DNA from: an uncultured Coriobacteriia bacterium
Lineage (GTDB): Bacteria > Actinomycetota > Coriobacteriia > Anaerosomatales > CAVYJL01
Length of the DNA stretch: 64,000 nt
NCBI GenBank assembly: GCA_963768865.1
Contig: CAVYJL010000008.1
Span: 139,580-203,579 of the forward strand
Reading direction: 5' to 3'
This document shows positions 1 through 9,503 of this stretch, piece by piece (positions within the stretch are counted from its first letter, which is position 1; each line of letters starts with the position of its first letter). A model generated the notes under the pieces. The model worked only from the letters and a program-made list of their open reading frames with translations. It was not told the origin of the DNA and did no database searches. A program made the translations under genes and the position numbers.

Positions 1-476
1 TCATCATCGGGTCGCTGGTGTTCGCCCTGCACATCCTCCCCTTCTGCGTGAAGGTCATGGAGGAGGCGATCCGTGCCGTGCCTCAGAGCTACCGGTCGGG
101 CGCGGCGGCGCTGGGCATGACGCGCTGGCGGACGATCAGGAAGGTCATCCTCCCCGCCGCGACGCCCGGACTCATCACGGCGACCGTGCTGGGGCTGGGC
201 ATCGTCGTGGGCGACACGGCCATCGTGATCCTGGCCGTGGGTGCCTCCGTGGAGATCAGCGGCGCGACCGCGTGGTGGCTCCCGTGGAACTGGCTGCCCG
301 CGCTGCTGGGCGGCGGACCCACGCTCACCACCTTCATCTACAACATGTCGCCTGCGGGCGAGTACAACTCGCCGATGCTCGCCTACGGCGCGGCCCTGGT
401 CCTCATCGTCGTCGTCTTGGGGCTCAACCTCGCGATCGCCTTCATCGGCCGCTCGGCCCGGGGCCACGAGTCGTGA
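1..476 (+). CDS. pstA: Phosphate ABC transporter permease PstA, C-terminal part (5' end lies outside the window)
   Basis: ORF 18..476 stays open to the window edge. It has a permease EAA-loop-like stretch (EEAIRAVPQSYRSGAAALGMTRWRTIRKVILPAATPG) and C-terminal TM helices. pstB follows 18 nt downstream. Confidence 0.85.
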   Translation, partial: IIGSLVFALHILPFCVKVMEEAIRAVPQSYRSGAAALGMTRWRTIRKVILPAATPGLITATVLGLGIVVGDTAIVILAVGASVEISGATAWWLPWNWLPALLGGGPTLTTFIYNMSPAGEYNSPMLAYGAALVLIVVVLGLNLAIAFIGRSARGHES

Positions 477-493
477 GCCACCCCTCCTCAGCC

Positions 494-1831
494 ATGCCGA
501 GGCCCGGCGATCCCACGCAAGGAGACTCCGTGAACCCGATCGAAGACACCTTGGCGCCCGAAGACGACCCCATCCGCATCCCCGCGCCGCCCGCACCGGC
601 CGCGCCCGTGCCCGAGGGCGCGGCGCAGCATGCCGAGCCGCCGGCGGCGCCCGCCCCCGACCCGACGGTCCCGCCTTCCGTGTATCCGTGGCGGTCCGCC
701 GGCACGGCGCAGCAGACCCCGCAGGCGGCCCCGGACCCTGCCGGCCGATACGCGCCGCCGGCTGCCGCCTACGCCGCGGGGCACCCGGCCGCGCCCTCCC
801 CGGCTCGAGGCCGCGCATACCCCGGGTACGCCCAGCGCGGATACGCGCACCCGGCGTACCCGCCCCACGGGTACGCGCCGCGCCCGCACCCCGGCTACTA
901 CGCGCCCGCCGGGCACCCCTACCCGTATCCCGCGCCCGGCGCTCCCGCCCGCCCGGCCTCCCCCGGCTTCGCGCCCCAGCCCGGTGGCGCTCCGGCCGGC
1001 TACCCCATGGCCCGCGGGCGGACCTTCGCGGGGCCGTCGGCGCCGGCGGCCAAACCGCCGCGTCCCGTGCCGGCGCGCACCAAGATCGAGTCGCGCGGCC
1101 TGTGCTCGTGGTACGGGAAGAAGCAAGCGCTGGACAACATCGACCTGGCGATAGGCGAGAGGTCCATAACCGCGCTCGTCGGGCCCTCGGGCTGCGGCAA
1201 GAGCACCTACCTGCGGTGCATCAACCGCATGAACGACCTGGTCCGCGGCTTTCGCGTGGAGGGCTCCGTGACCATCGAAGGCCACGAGGTCTACTCGCGC
1301 GACACCGACCTGCCCAGCCTGCGACGCAACGTGGGGATGGTGTTCCAGCACCCGAACCCGTTCCCGATGAGCATCTACGACAACATCGCGCTCGCGGTGA
1401 AGGAGCACGCGCCGCGCACCCGCAAGGCCGAGCTCGACGAGGTCGTGGAGCGCTCGCTGCGCCAAGCGAACCTCTTCGACGAGGTGAAGGACCAGATCCA
1501 CCAGTCCGCGTTCGCGATCTCGGGCGGGCAGCAGCAGCGCCTGTGCATCGCCCGCGCGCTCGCGATCACGCCGGACGTCCTCATGCTCGACGAGCCCTGC
1601 GCGTCGCTGGACCCGGTCTCGACCGCACGCATCGAGGAGCTGCTCCTGGAGCTCGAGCGTGACTACACGATCGTGATCGTGACGCACAACCTCGCCCAGG
1701 CACGCCGCATCTCTGACCAGATGGCGTTCTTCCTCATGGGCCGCCTCGTGGAGCACGGCCCCACCTGGCACATGCTCGAGCACGCGCGCTTCCCGGAGAC
1801 CCGGGACTACCTCGCCGGAGCGTTCGGCTAG
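494..1831 (+). CDS. pstB: Phosphate import ATP-binding protein PstB with a ~190-aa Pro/Tyr/Ala-rich N-terminal extension
   Basis: Walker A GPSGCGKST, ABC signature SGGQQQRL, Walker B LMLDEP and a PstB-type C-terminus (RDYLAGAFG). ATG 494 lies 18 nt after the pstA stop. Third-codon positions in the extension are almost all G/C, which fits real coding. An alternative start at ATG 1006 would remove the extension. Confidence 0.85.
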   Translation: MPRPGDPTQGDSVNPIEDTLAPEDDPIRIPAPPAPAAPVPEGAAQHAEPPAAPAPDPTVPPSVYPWRSAGTAQQTPQAAPDPAGRYAPPAAAYAAGHPAAPSPARGRAYPGYAQRGYAHPAYPPHGYAPRPHPGYYAPAGHPYPYPAPGAPARPASPGFAPQPGGAPAGYPMARGRTFAGPSAPAAKPPRPVPARTKIESRGLCSWYGKKQALDNIDLAIGERSITALVGPSGCGKSTYLRCINRMNDLVRGFRVEGSVTIEGHEVYSRDTDLPSLRRNVGMVFQHPNPFPMSIYDNIALAVKEHAPRTRKAELDEVVERSLRQANLFDEVKDQIHQSAFAISGGQQQRLCIARALAITPDVLMLDEPCASLDPVSTARIEELLLELERDYTIVIVTHNLAQARRISDQMAFFLMGRLVEHGPTWHMLEHARFPETRDYLAGAFG

Positions 1832-1900
1832 CCGCGAAGGATACCCGGGATCCATGGCGCCCGGTCTTGCCGAGGACGCCGAGCACGTTGGAGGAGACCA

Positions 1901-3560
1901 TTGACCGAATCGAACGACACGAACCGCCAGCAGCCGTGGGAGAACGCTGCCGGACCGGCGCCTTGGCCGCCGGCCTCTCGCGGCCTCGGAGCCGTGGCTC
2001 GGCGACCAGGACGCGACGGCGGTGATGGACCCCGTCTACCAGGCGCGCGAACCGGGCGCCGCGCTGTGGGACTCGCCGCCTCGGGACTTCTGGATGCCGG
2101 GCGACCCGGCTCCCGCGTGGGACGAGGCCGCCTGGTCGGTGGAGGCCCCGCCGGCTCCCACGTGGCCCGCACCCGCGCCGGCAGGCTATCCGGACCCGGG
2201 CGCGGGCATCATGCCGCTGGACCCCTACGCCGGGTACCCCGCGCCCTACGACCCGTATGCGGCCTACGGTGACCCCGGGTTCCCGCCGTTGCCGGCGCCT
2301 CGGCAGATGCCCATCGTGTCGCCGTACGACACGGACATGAAGCGCGGCATGCCGATGTGGCACATCCCGCTGCTCATCACCTTCAGCCTCATCAGCCTGG
2401 TCGCGTTCGCGATGGGGGGCTACACGTTCGGGCGCTGGGGTGGCGGCTCGGCCACGCCCATGGCCTACGGTGTCGCTCCCGTCGCGGCATCCACGGTGGC
2501 AACGGCCGCCGCCGCCGACACGTCCTCCACGGCCGAGACATCCTCGACCGCCGATACCACGAGCACGGCCGACACCGGCAGCAACGGCCCGGCGCCCTCG
2601 GTAGAGCAGGCGACCAAGGACATCGCCAAGGCGCCCATCGTGGCGCAGGCGTCGATGGTCGCGTACCGCTCGGGCGGCTACTTCTGGGTAGCCAACGAGC
2701 AGGGCGGCTCGCCCAAGAAGCTCATCCCTGCGGCGAGCACCAACTCGCTGTTCACGATATCGCCGGACGGCAAGTGGCTCGCGGTCGCAGACGGCGACAA
2801 CGGCGTCTTCCACGTCGTGAACACGGGCACCGGCGCCGACACCAAGGCCGCGGGCGCAGCCGACACGGTCAAGCCGTCCTGGGCGCCCAACAGCTCGTTC
2901 GTCGTCTACTGCGGCACCGACGCCGACAAGCGCACCGTCAAGCAGGTGAAGACCGACGGGAGCAAGCCGATCGTGCTCGCGTACGGGACCGCCCCGCGCG
3001 TGGCGCCGGACGGCAAGACCATCTACTTCATCCAGGACCCGGAGGGCAACGGCTACGGACCTATCGCGCTCGTGAACGCCGGCACGGCCAACGGGAAGAC
3101 CACGGTGGTCGTGAAGGGCAACGCGTACGAGGTCGCCGTCGTGCAGAAGGGCATCGTGTACGCCGCGGCGGACGCGAACGGCGACGCGACCAGGCAGTCG
3201 CTGTGGAAGGCGAACCTCGACGGCAGCTCCCCGGCGGTGCTGGTGGCGGTGCCCAAGATCGACGGCGCCAACTCGTTCGCGAGCATATTCGTGACACGCG
3301 ACGGGAAGATGATCGCCTACGACGTGTCCGGGGCTCAGGGCTTCGCCCGACTAGGTGTCATAGCGTTCGAAGGCGGCACCGCCAAGGACGTATCGGCCGG
3401 CAAGGACTCATACAACCTGGGGTGGCTCTCGGATGGGTCCGCCCTCACGTACACCACCGGCAACGTCTCCGCGGACCCCAACTCTGCCACGTCGGACCTG
3501 CACGCCGTGGGTGCCGACGGCTCCAGCGACCGGGTGCTCGTGTCCGGAGGCGGCCAATAG
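1901..3560 (+). CDS. Membrane-anchored TolB/PD40-like beta-propeller protein with a W/P-rich N-terminus; apparent +1 frameshift near 1971-1976
   Basis: TTG 1901 sits 4 nt after GGAGGAG. The N-terminal piece (ORF 1901..2272, MTESNDTNRQQPWENAAGPAPWPPA) continues the same W/P periodicity as ORF 2022..3560 (SEPWLGDQD..ALWDSPPRDFW..PAWDEAAWS..PTWPAP) once one base is removed in CCGCCGGCC. After that come one TM helix (IPLLITFSLISLVAFAMGGY), an S/T-rich linker and repeated SPDGKWLA / APDGKTIYF type PD40 blades. Confidence 0.6.
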
Positions 3561-3649
3561 CGGGGCGCAGTCCGCGGTCCGCGGACCCTCGGCTCGCCTC
3601 GGGGGCTGGGTGCTCCGCCGCCCCCGATCATCCGCGCACGCTCGCGATG

Positions 3650-3883
3650 CTAGCGAAGCGACCCGTAGACCGGGCGCATGTCGCTCACGCGAAGGCTTCG
3701 GCGCACGGCGGCTACCACCCGGCTCGGGGTGCACCCCTTGAGGTCGTCCTGGTAGATCCAGACGACGCGGTCCGTCAGGAGGGAGGTCACGATGATCGCG
3801 CGGCGCTCCCAAAGGACCCGCATACGGTAGTGCTCCGGAAGAAGGGACCGCAGCACCTCATACCATGTCGACAGCTCATCCAT
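3650..3883 (-). CDS. Hypothetical small protein (77 aa)
   Basis: ATG 3883 is preceded by AGGAGG at 6-nt spacing, and the amino-acid composition is non-repetitive (MDELSTWYEVLRSLLPEHYRMRVLWERRAIIV..). I recognise no family. Confidence 0.5.
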   Translation of the reverse strand: MDELSTWYEVLRSLLPEHYRMRVLWERRAIIVTSLLTDRVVWIYQDDLKGCTPSRVVAAVRRSLRVSDMRPVYGSLR

Positions 3884-4495
3884 CCTGACCTCCTAGGGTC
3901 CGGGTGCCGGCTGTGACGGTGTCGGGCGGGGGCCCGACGGGGTGCGAGGCACCGGTATGATGCACGCCCTCGCGCACAGTGTGCCTCCCCCGGAGGCCCC
4001 CGAACGACATTCAATGAAGAAGTAACCGCGGTGTCTCATGCCGTTAGCAATACGGCGTTCACGTTCGTTCGCACCGATGTCACGAACTTCTTGCGCGCAA
4101 CTTTCGCGCGTGCAACCTTCGCCCGGCCTCGGCACGGCACAGTGTCCATCGTCCACCCACCCGGACAGGGAGTCAGACCGCCACCAAGGCGGCGTGGGCG
4201 GTCATCGACTACGACGGCGACTTCATGGCGAGCCGAGGCGTATAGCCTCCGAGCGCGCCGGGTTCGCGAGCCCTCGCACCCGGGCTCGCAAGCCCCTTCG
4301 CCCGGCAGCGGGTCCTTCGCCTCAGGCGGAGGACCCGCTGCTCCTTTCCCGCCCGAGGTGCCGGCCGGGGGCTCCGGGCAGTCGGGCTCCACGCACTCAG
4401 CCCCGCGTGAGCCCTCGATCCTGATCGCGGGAGGTTGCTCATCGAAGGCCGTACAATGGAAGATGAGGCATCCGGTTTGCCTGAACAGTGCAAAC

Positions 4496-4573
4496 GCCCT
4501 CGTAGCTCAGAGGATAGAGCGGTGGTTTCCTAAACCATGTCTGTCGCAGGTTCGAATCCTGCCGGGGGCACCA
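4496..4573 (+). tRNA. tRNA-Arg (anticodon CCT), CCA encoded
   Basis: Cloverleaf folded by hand: acceptor GCCCTCG/CGGGGGC, D stem GCTC/GAGC, anticodon stem GTGGT/ACCAT with loop TTCCTAA (U33, CCT, A37), T arm GCAGG-TTCGAAT-CCTGC, discriminator A, CCA. The variable region is 7 nt, which is unusually long and may itself contain an indel. Confidence 0.85.
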
Positions 4574-4586
4574 ACTTGATGCGCGC

Positions 4587-4616
4587 GGGGCCGGCCTCGA
4601 GAGGCCGGCCCTTTCT
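4587..4616 (+). terminator. Intrinsic terminator after the tRNA
   Basis: GGGCCGGCC-TCGAGA-GGCCGGCCC hairpin followed by TTTCT. Confidence 0.6.
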
Positions 4617-4624
4617 CGACCAAG

Positions 4625-4666
4625 CCGTCGAAAAGGAAGGGGCCGGTCCTTTCGGACCGGCCCCCC
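4625..4666 (-). terminator. Intrinsic terminator after the cytochrome-CWB2 gene
   Basis: On the minus strand, a GGGGCCGGTCC-GAAA-GGACCGGCCCC hairpin is followed by TTCCTTTTC, ~55 nt after the reconstructed stop at 4720. Confidence 0.6.
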
Positions 4667-4719
4667 TTCGTCTACAGCATCGAGGAGTTCGCGCTGAACT
4701 CCTCTCTAGGTCCTGTGAC

Positions 4720-7700
4720 CTAGAGGTTGAAGATGTCGTAGATCGCCTCGAAGACGTTGCCGTCACAGCGCCCGATCCACCGTTGATGATCACCTCGGTG
4801 ATCGTGCTCTTGTGGTCGGTGAGGAACGTCGCGGCCGAGATGGACAGCGTCATCTTCTCCGTGAGGAGCATCACGCCGCCGTTCTTGCCGATCGCCGCCC
4901 AGGCGCTGAGCCCGTCGGGGAAGTCCTCACCCGTGACGATGCCGACGAAGCCTGCACTAGTGCCAGGCGCGTTGGTAAGAGCCCACGTAGCGAAGTCGGC
5001 CGAGCGGACGTACAGATCGGACGCGCCAACGATGCGCGTTGCCGTGACGCCGGTGAGGCCGTTCAGGCTCGTCACAACGCTGTTGCTCACGTTGCCCGTA
5101 CTACCGACCACGTACACGGTGTCGATGCCGTTACCCGTGATTGCGGCCGACGTGAAGGAGTTCAACGCCGTCGGCTGCGTCAGGATGACCGGCCACTTCT
5201 GCTTGTACGAGACCGGACCCACCGTCAGGGCGTCTTGGAAGGTGGTGCCGTCCACGACGAACGCCTTATCGGCGAACGCCCCGCCCATCATGGTGTGGAC
5301 CTCGTCGGCCACAGCCTGGGATGTACCGTAGCGGTTCGCTCCGGCGAGCCGGTGCGTGTCGCCGCCGGTGATGCCGGTACCTGCCTGGATCGCAGCAACG
5401 ACCGCGTTCGGGATGACCGGTGCCGCCGTCGATCCGGTGCCACCGACTACCCACAGGACGGGAGTGCCGGTCTTGATGCGGTTGATCTCATCAATGACCG
5501 CGTTGATCGAGGCCGGGTTCGTACCGCCCGTCGTGTACGCCGGAACCAGCAGGACCGGGCTGCCCGCGGCACCGGAAAGACCGGCGGCCGAGAGTGCGTC
5601 CGGGAAGTTCTGGCCCGTCGCGATGACGATGTTCTCGATCGTCCCGGTCGCGAACTGCGACTGGGACACCTTGATGGCCGTCTGGTAGCGGTTGATGCCG
5701 GCGATGCGCATCGGGACGATGCCCGCGCCACCGATGGTCACCTGGACCGGCGTGCTCGTGTAGATGAGCGCACCGGGATCGCCACGAACGACCCACGCCG
5801 CACGGAAGAACGTGGTGGCGCTGATCGTGCCACCGCTTCCGAGATAGGCGCCGGTGCCGTCAGCCGTGACCGTGCTCACGTTGGAGTACGGGCCACCGAC
5901 GACGGAGGCCTTCTGGATCACGATCGTCGCGCCCGCCGCGGGCACAGAGGTCGCACCGTTGGAGGCCATGCCGAACATGCTGACGGTGTCGCTCGGCGTG
6001 ACGACCATGGACGACGGAACGCCGGTCACCGAACCGCCGATGGCGTTGGCGTACTTGGTGGCCACAGCGAGACCGGCTGCGAGGTACGGCGGGTTGTGAA
6101 CGCCGTTCGAACCCTCAGCTGCGGAGAACGCCTGGTTCCAAGCGCCGATCTTGTAGGCGATCGATCTCGGGGTCGGTGCTCGTCGTCGTCTGAATGCTGG
6201 ACGACCAACCCTTGCGGGTACGGGCCGCGGTCAGCGCGGCGGAAGCCGCTGAGTTCTCAGACGTGAAGTCCGACTGCCAACCGTCGATCTTCGTCTGCAG
6301 GTTGGTCAGGCTCAGGCTCTGGTGGCATGTCTGCTGGCAGGAGTCCTGGCCGCCATTGGCGATGACGCCCCATGTCTGCGCATTACCCGGCAGCATCGGC
6401 AGGAAGCTGTGGGTAGGCCGACCGGCGCGCGTCTGCACCATATGGCACTGCTGGCACTCGACGCCCTCCATGAACTCCCCGGCGTCGGCGACGTCGACCA
6501 TGCCGGTACCGGCGACGGTCTCACGCGTCGGATGGGAAGCGATGTGGCTGCCGAGCGGGTAGCCCGTAGCGAACGCCGCGGCGCTCGGGGGCTGGGTCTC
6601 CAGCACCTGGAACTGCCAGTTGTGGCAGTCCGCGCAGCCGGCGCCTTCGCGCAGGCCCAGACCGCCGGTAACGGTGTTCTCGGTGGAGCTGTGGGCCGTA
6701 TGGCACACCTGGCACGTGACGCCGGCGATGGGCGTGGACGTGGGATCGGTGCCCGCGAAGTCCGTCTCCACATAGGAGGACTGGCTGACGATGTTCTTGC
6801 CGTTCACCGGGTCCAGGGTGGTCCCGATGTAGTTCATGCGACCGTCACCCGAGTGGCAGCGCATGCACTTGGCATTGCCGCGACCCTTGGCAGCGATCCA
6901 CGGGTTGATGTGGCCACGGCCGCCCGGAACCGGCGTGATGCCGACCGTACGGGTCGTGTCCCAAGGGCCGGTATTGCCGCCGGCCGTCTGGTCGACAGCG
7001 CTGACCCACTCGTTGAAGTAGCCGTGGTTCATGCCCTTGTTGGCACCGTTCGGATAGAACGCGTAGCCGGAGGCCGGCCACACCGCGTTCGTCGTGTCGA
7101 TGGTCTTGATATCGAAGAAGGTCAGAAGAGAGTTCTGACCAGGCACAAGACCGGTGCCCACGTTATTGGTGGTGAACCCGAGCGGGCTCGAGAAGTTCGA
7201 GCTGGCCGAGTCGTACCGCTTGACGTATGCGGTGTCGGAAGCCAGCGCGGAGCCGGTCGCGTGGCACTGGCCACAGACGCCGGCCTGCAAGATGAGCTTC
7301 TTCGTGATCGAGCTGCTGCCCGACGGCGCGCCGGTGCCGGCACCGCCGTTGACATAACCGACGAAGCTGACGCCTTCGCCCGCATGGCTGTTGCTCGTAG
7401 GCGTGTTGCCCACGTTGCCCGTGCCGTGGCAGGTCTCACACTGGATGGAGAGACCGGACTGCCACTCCGTCGGCGTCGCCGATGGGTCGATGGAGCCCGT
7501 GATCGGGAAGATCCTTGGCGCCCTGGCCGGGATAGTTCGGCTTGGTGACGCCCACGTTGTGGCAGGAGCCGCAACGCTGGAAGTACGGGACCAGCGAGAC
7601 CTTGGCCTCCAGCAACCATTCGCCGGTGACCGGGTCATAGCTCGTGCCGTCGATCAGCGGATACTCGTTGCCGAGCCCGTTGGTCGCGGCTGCGGCCATC

Positions 7701-8158
7701 GTGGCCGTACCGGAGTAGTCGGGACCGGAAGCCGTCGGAAGGACGCTACCGGGGACTCCCACCCATTCCTTGGTGAAGCCCTCGCCGCCGACCTCGAACT
7801 GGACGTTGCTCGGGTTGAACCGCAGGCCATTGTCGAGGCCCGGCGCCGGCCACATGTTCGTGGCGCCTGACGTGGGCTCGAGGGCCCCGAGGTTGCCCGG
7901 GATGCTCGTGACCATACTGGAGTGCGCGTTCGGATCGGTGACGAACGGGCCCGGAGTACCTACCGTCCAGCCCGCCGCGTCATCTGAGTGACACCCACCG
8001 CCTGTTGCATTGCAGCTGTTGGCGGTGAAGTCGGTCGTGTCGTTGATGCCGGAGTACGTACGGCCGAACGAGTTGGTCGTCGCCGCGGACGCGATACCGG
8101 CGCTCAACAGCACGAGTGCGCCTACCAGGATGATCGCCAAGAGATGCCTTGGCTTCAT
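4720..8158 (-). CDS. Secreted multihaem c-type cytochrome fused to three CWB2 cell-wall-binding repeats (~1,145 aa); interrupted as sequenced by 3 single-base frameshifts
   Basis: The ORF pieces 7436..8158, 6115..7638 and 4530..6065 join smoothly. The junctions read ..NYPGQGAK|IFPITGSIDP.. at ~7513, ..STDPEI|AYKIGAWNQAFSAAEGSNGVHNPPY.. at 6159-6166, and ..IINGGSGAV|GNVFEAIYDIFNL* at ~4763. The N-terminus is a Sec signal (MKPRHLLAIILVGALVLLSAGIASA). Haem motifs are CGSCH, CETCH, CGQCH, CMRCH, CQVCH, CADCH, CQQCH, CQQTCH (CX3CH) and a possible CNATGGGCH. The three CWB2 repeats start at RIAGINRYQTAIK.., RLAGANRYGTSQAVA.. and RIVGASDLYVRSADFA.., each with a G.dFPDAL/QDAL core. Confidence 0.8.
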
Positions 8159-8756
8159 AGAATTCTCCCCCTCTGTCGCTTACGCTTTCTCGATCCGGCG
8201 CGGCACGTTCCCGGCACCACCACCTCCTCTGACGCCGCGACGGCTCTGTTTCGAAAGTCGGGCGCGACGGGCCTACGGCCCACGCGCGATATGGCCGGAC
8301 GCTCCCCTCGGGAGCGGGATCGCGGCGGCCGTCACAGCCGTCCGACCCGGACCCGCAGCATCCGGCCCTGTTAAGTGCATAGCCCTTTGTCTATGGGCAA
8401 GTTGAGCGTGCGCCAAGCCTACGACGCGACCAGCGGCGTTGTTCGAGATCCCCGTAGACATGGGCCCCCGTCCACGTCCGAAGAATTGCAGGTGCCGCGA
8501 GACGGGCACCCGGACCGCGGCACACGGTCACTCCTGTGGTTTACCCGAACCCGGTGTGAACGTTGCATCACATTCTGTGGAATGTGCCCCCTGCCTGCGG
8601 CGCTTCCAGCCGACGCGCACCGGCCAAGACCGCGCGCCCGAGTGTACGGGCGGGCTCACGCGCGCGAGACGAGCGCAGCGGGGTCGGCGAGAAGCCCGGC
8701 CCTGCGGGGTCTGCGAGCGTCCGAACGCGCTTCCGGGGGACAGGACTCCGGCCGAG

Positions 8757-9503
8757 TCAGGCGCGGCGCCAACGCGAGGCGCGCGCCTCGATGGCCTCGA
8801 GCGCCTCGTAGAGGATCACGCCCAGGAGGGCCATGGCCACGATCCCGGCGTACATGGCCGGGTAGTCGATCCGACTCCAGGCGTCGAGGATGTACCAGCC
8901 CAGGCCGTTCTGACCGGCAACGGTCTCAGAGAAGAAGAGCACCGCTATGGCGGTGCCCACCGAGATCCGCAGTGCGGTGAAGATCTCGGGCAGCGCCGCC
9001 GGCACCACGACATGCCGGTATACGTCCAACCTGCCGGCCCCCAATGACCGTACCGAGAGCACCGAATCGGCGGGGATCGACTTCGCGGCATCCCGCGCCG
9101 TCACGAGGATCTGGAAGAAAAGGATGAGCGCGATCAGCGCCACCTTGGTCAGGTCGCCGATGCCCAGCAGCACCAGCAGGACCGGCAGGAAGACGATCTT
9201 CGGGATCGGATAGGTGAGGTAGACGAAGGGGGCCAGCACGGCATCGGCACGGGGAGAGCGGCCCACCACCAGGCCGATGGGCACCGCCACCAGCGAGACC
9301 GCGAGCGCCGCGAGCACCCTCAGCGCGCTCACGAGCGTGTTGGGCCACAACTCGGACGGGAACAGCCGCACGAAATCGGCCAGGACGATCCCGGGTCCGG
9401 GCAGAGCCGGAGAAGCCACGGCCAGCGACAGCAGCCACCACATCGCCAACAGCGCGGCCCCCGCGGCGACGTAGCCGAGCGCCCTGCGCGCCAGCGGGCT
9501 CAC
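8757..9503 (-). CDS. ABC transporter permease, NitT/TauT (nitrate/sulfonate/bicarbonate) family
   Basis: Six-TM BPD-type permease with an EAA-like loop (ARDAAKSIPADSVLSVRSLGAGRLDVYRHVVVPAALPEIFTALR). It overlaps the upstream ATPase stop by 4 nt. Confidence 0.85.
   Translation of the reverse strand: MSPLARRALGYVAAGAALLAMWWLLSLAVASPALPGPGIVLADFVRLFPSELWPNTLVSALRVLAALAVSLVAVPIGLVVGRSPRADAVLAPFVYLTYPIPKIVFLPVLLVLLGIGDLTKVALIALILFFQILVTARDAAKSIPADSVLSVRSLGAGRLDVYRHVVVPAALPEIFTALRISVGTAIAVLFFSETVAGQNGLGWYILDAWSRIDYPAMYAGIVAMALLGVILYEALEAIEARASRWRRA

Noticed and set aside
4095-4122. Tandem 13-mers GCGCAACTTTCGC / GTGCAACCTTCGC upstream of the tRNA, plus the ORFs 4031..4579 and 4036..4392 in the same region.
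   Set aside because: There are only two short imperfect copies. The ORFs have no RBS, have Arg/Pro-rich translations, and one runs through the tRNA gene. I treat the region as non-coding tRNA upstream sequence.
6159-6166. GATCGATC at two frameshift sites (6159-6166 and ~57563-57570) read as a 4-bp GATC fill-in or ligation scar (Hi-C-type junction), or as a real 4-bp duplication.
   Set aside because: The same octamer occurs in frame and harmlessly inside the sugar-transferase gene (31473-31480, encoding K-I-D-L). In both frameshifted cases, removing a single base restores the frame equally well. A 1-nt indel at a GATC context is the more economical explanation.
7436-7638. Programmed ribosomal frameshifting to explain the overlapping cytochrome ORFs.
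   Set aside because: There is no slippery heptamer or stimulatory structure at the junction (GCCAAGGATCTTCCC). Similar breaks affect some twenty unrelated genes in the window, which points to indels.
8555-8586. A CRP/FNR- or Rex-type operator (TGTGA..TCACA) upstream of the cytochrome gene.
   Set aside because: The half-sites are separated by 8 nt, not the 6 nt of CRP/GlxR or the TTGTGAA-N4-TTCACAA layout of Rex, so I do not assign a regulator. It is kept only as an unexplained palindrome.
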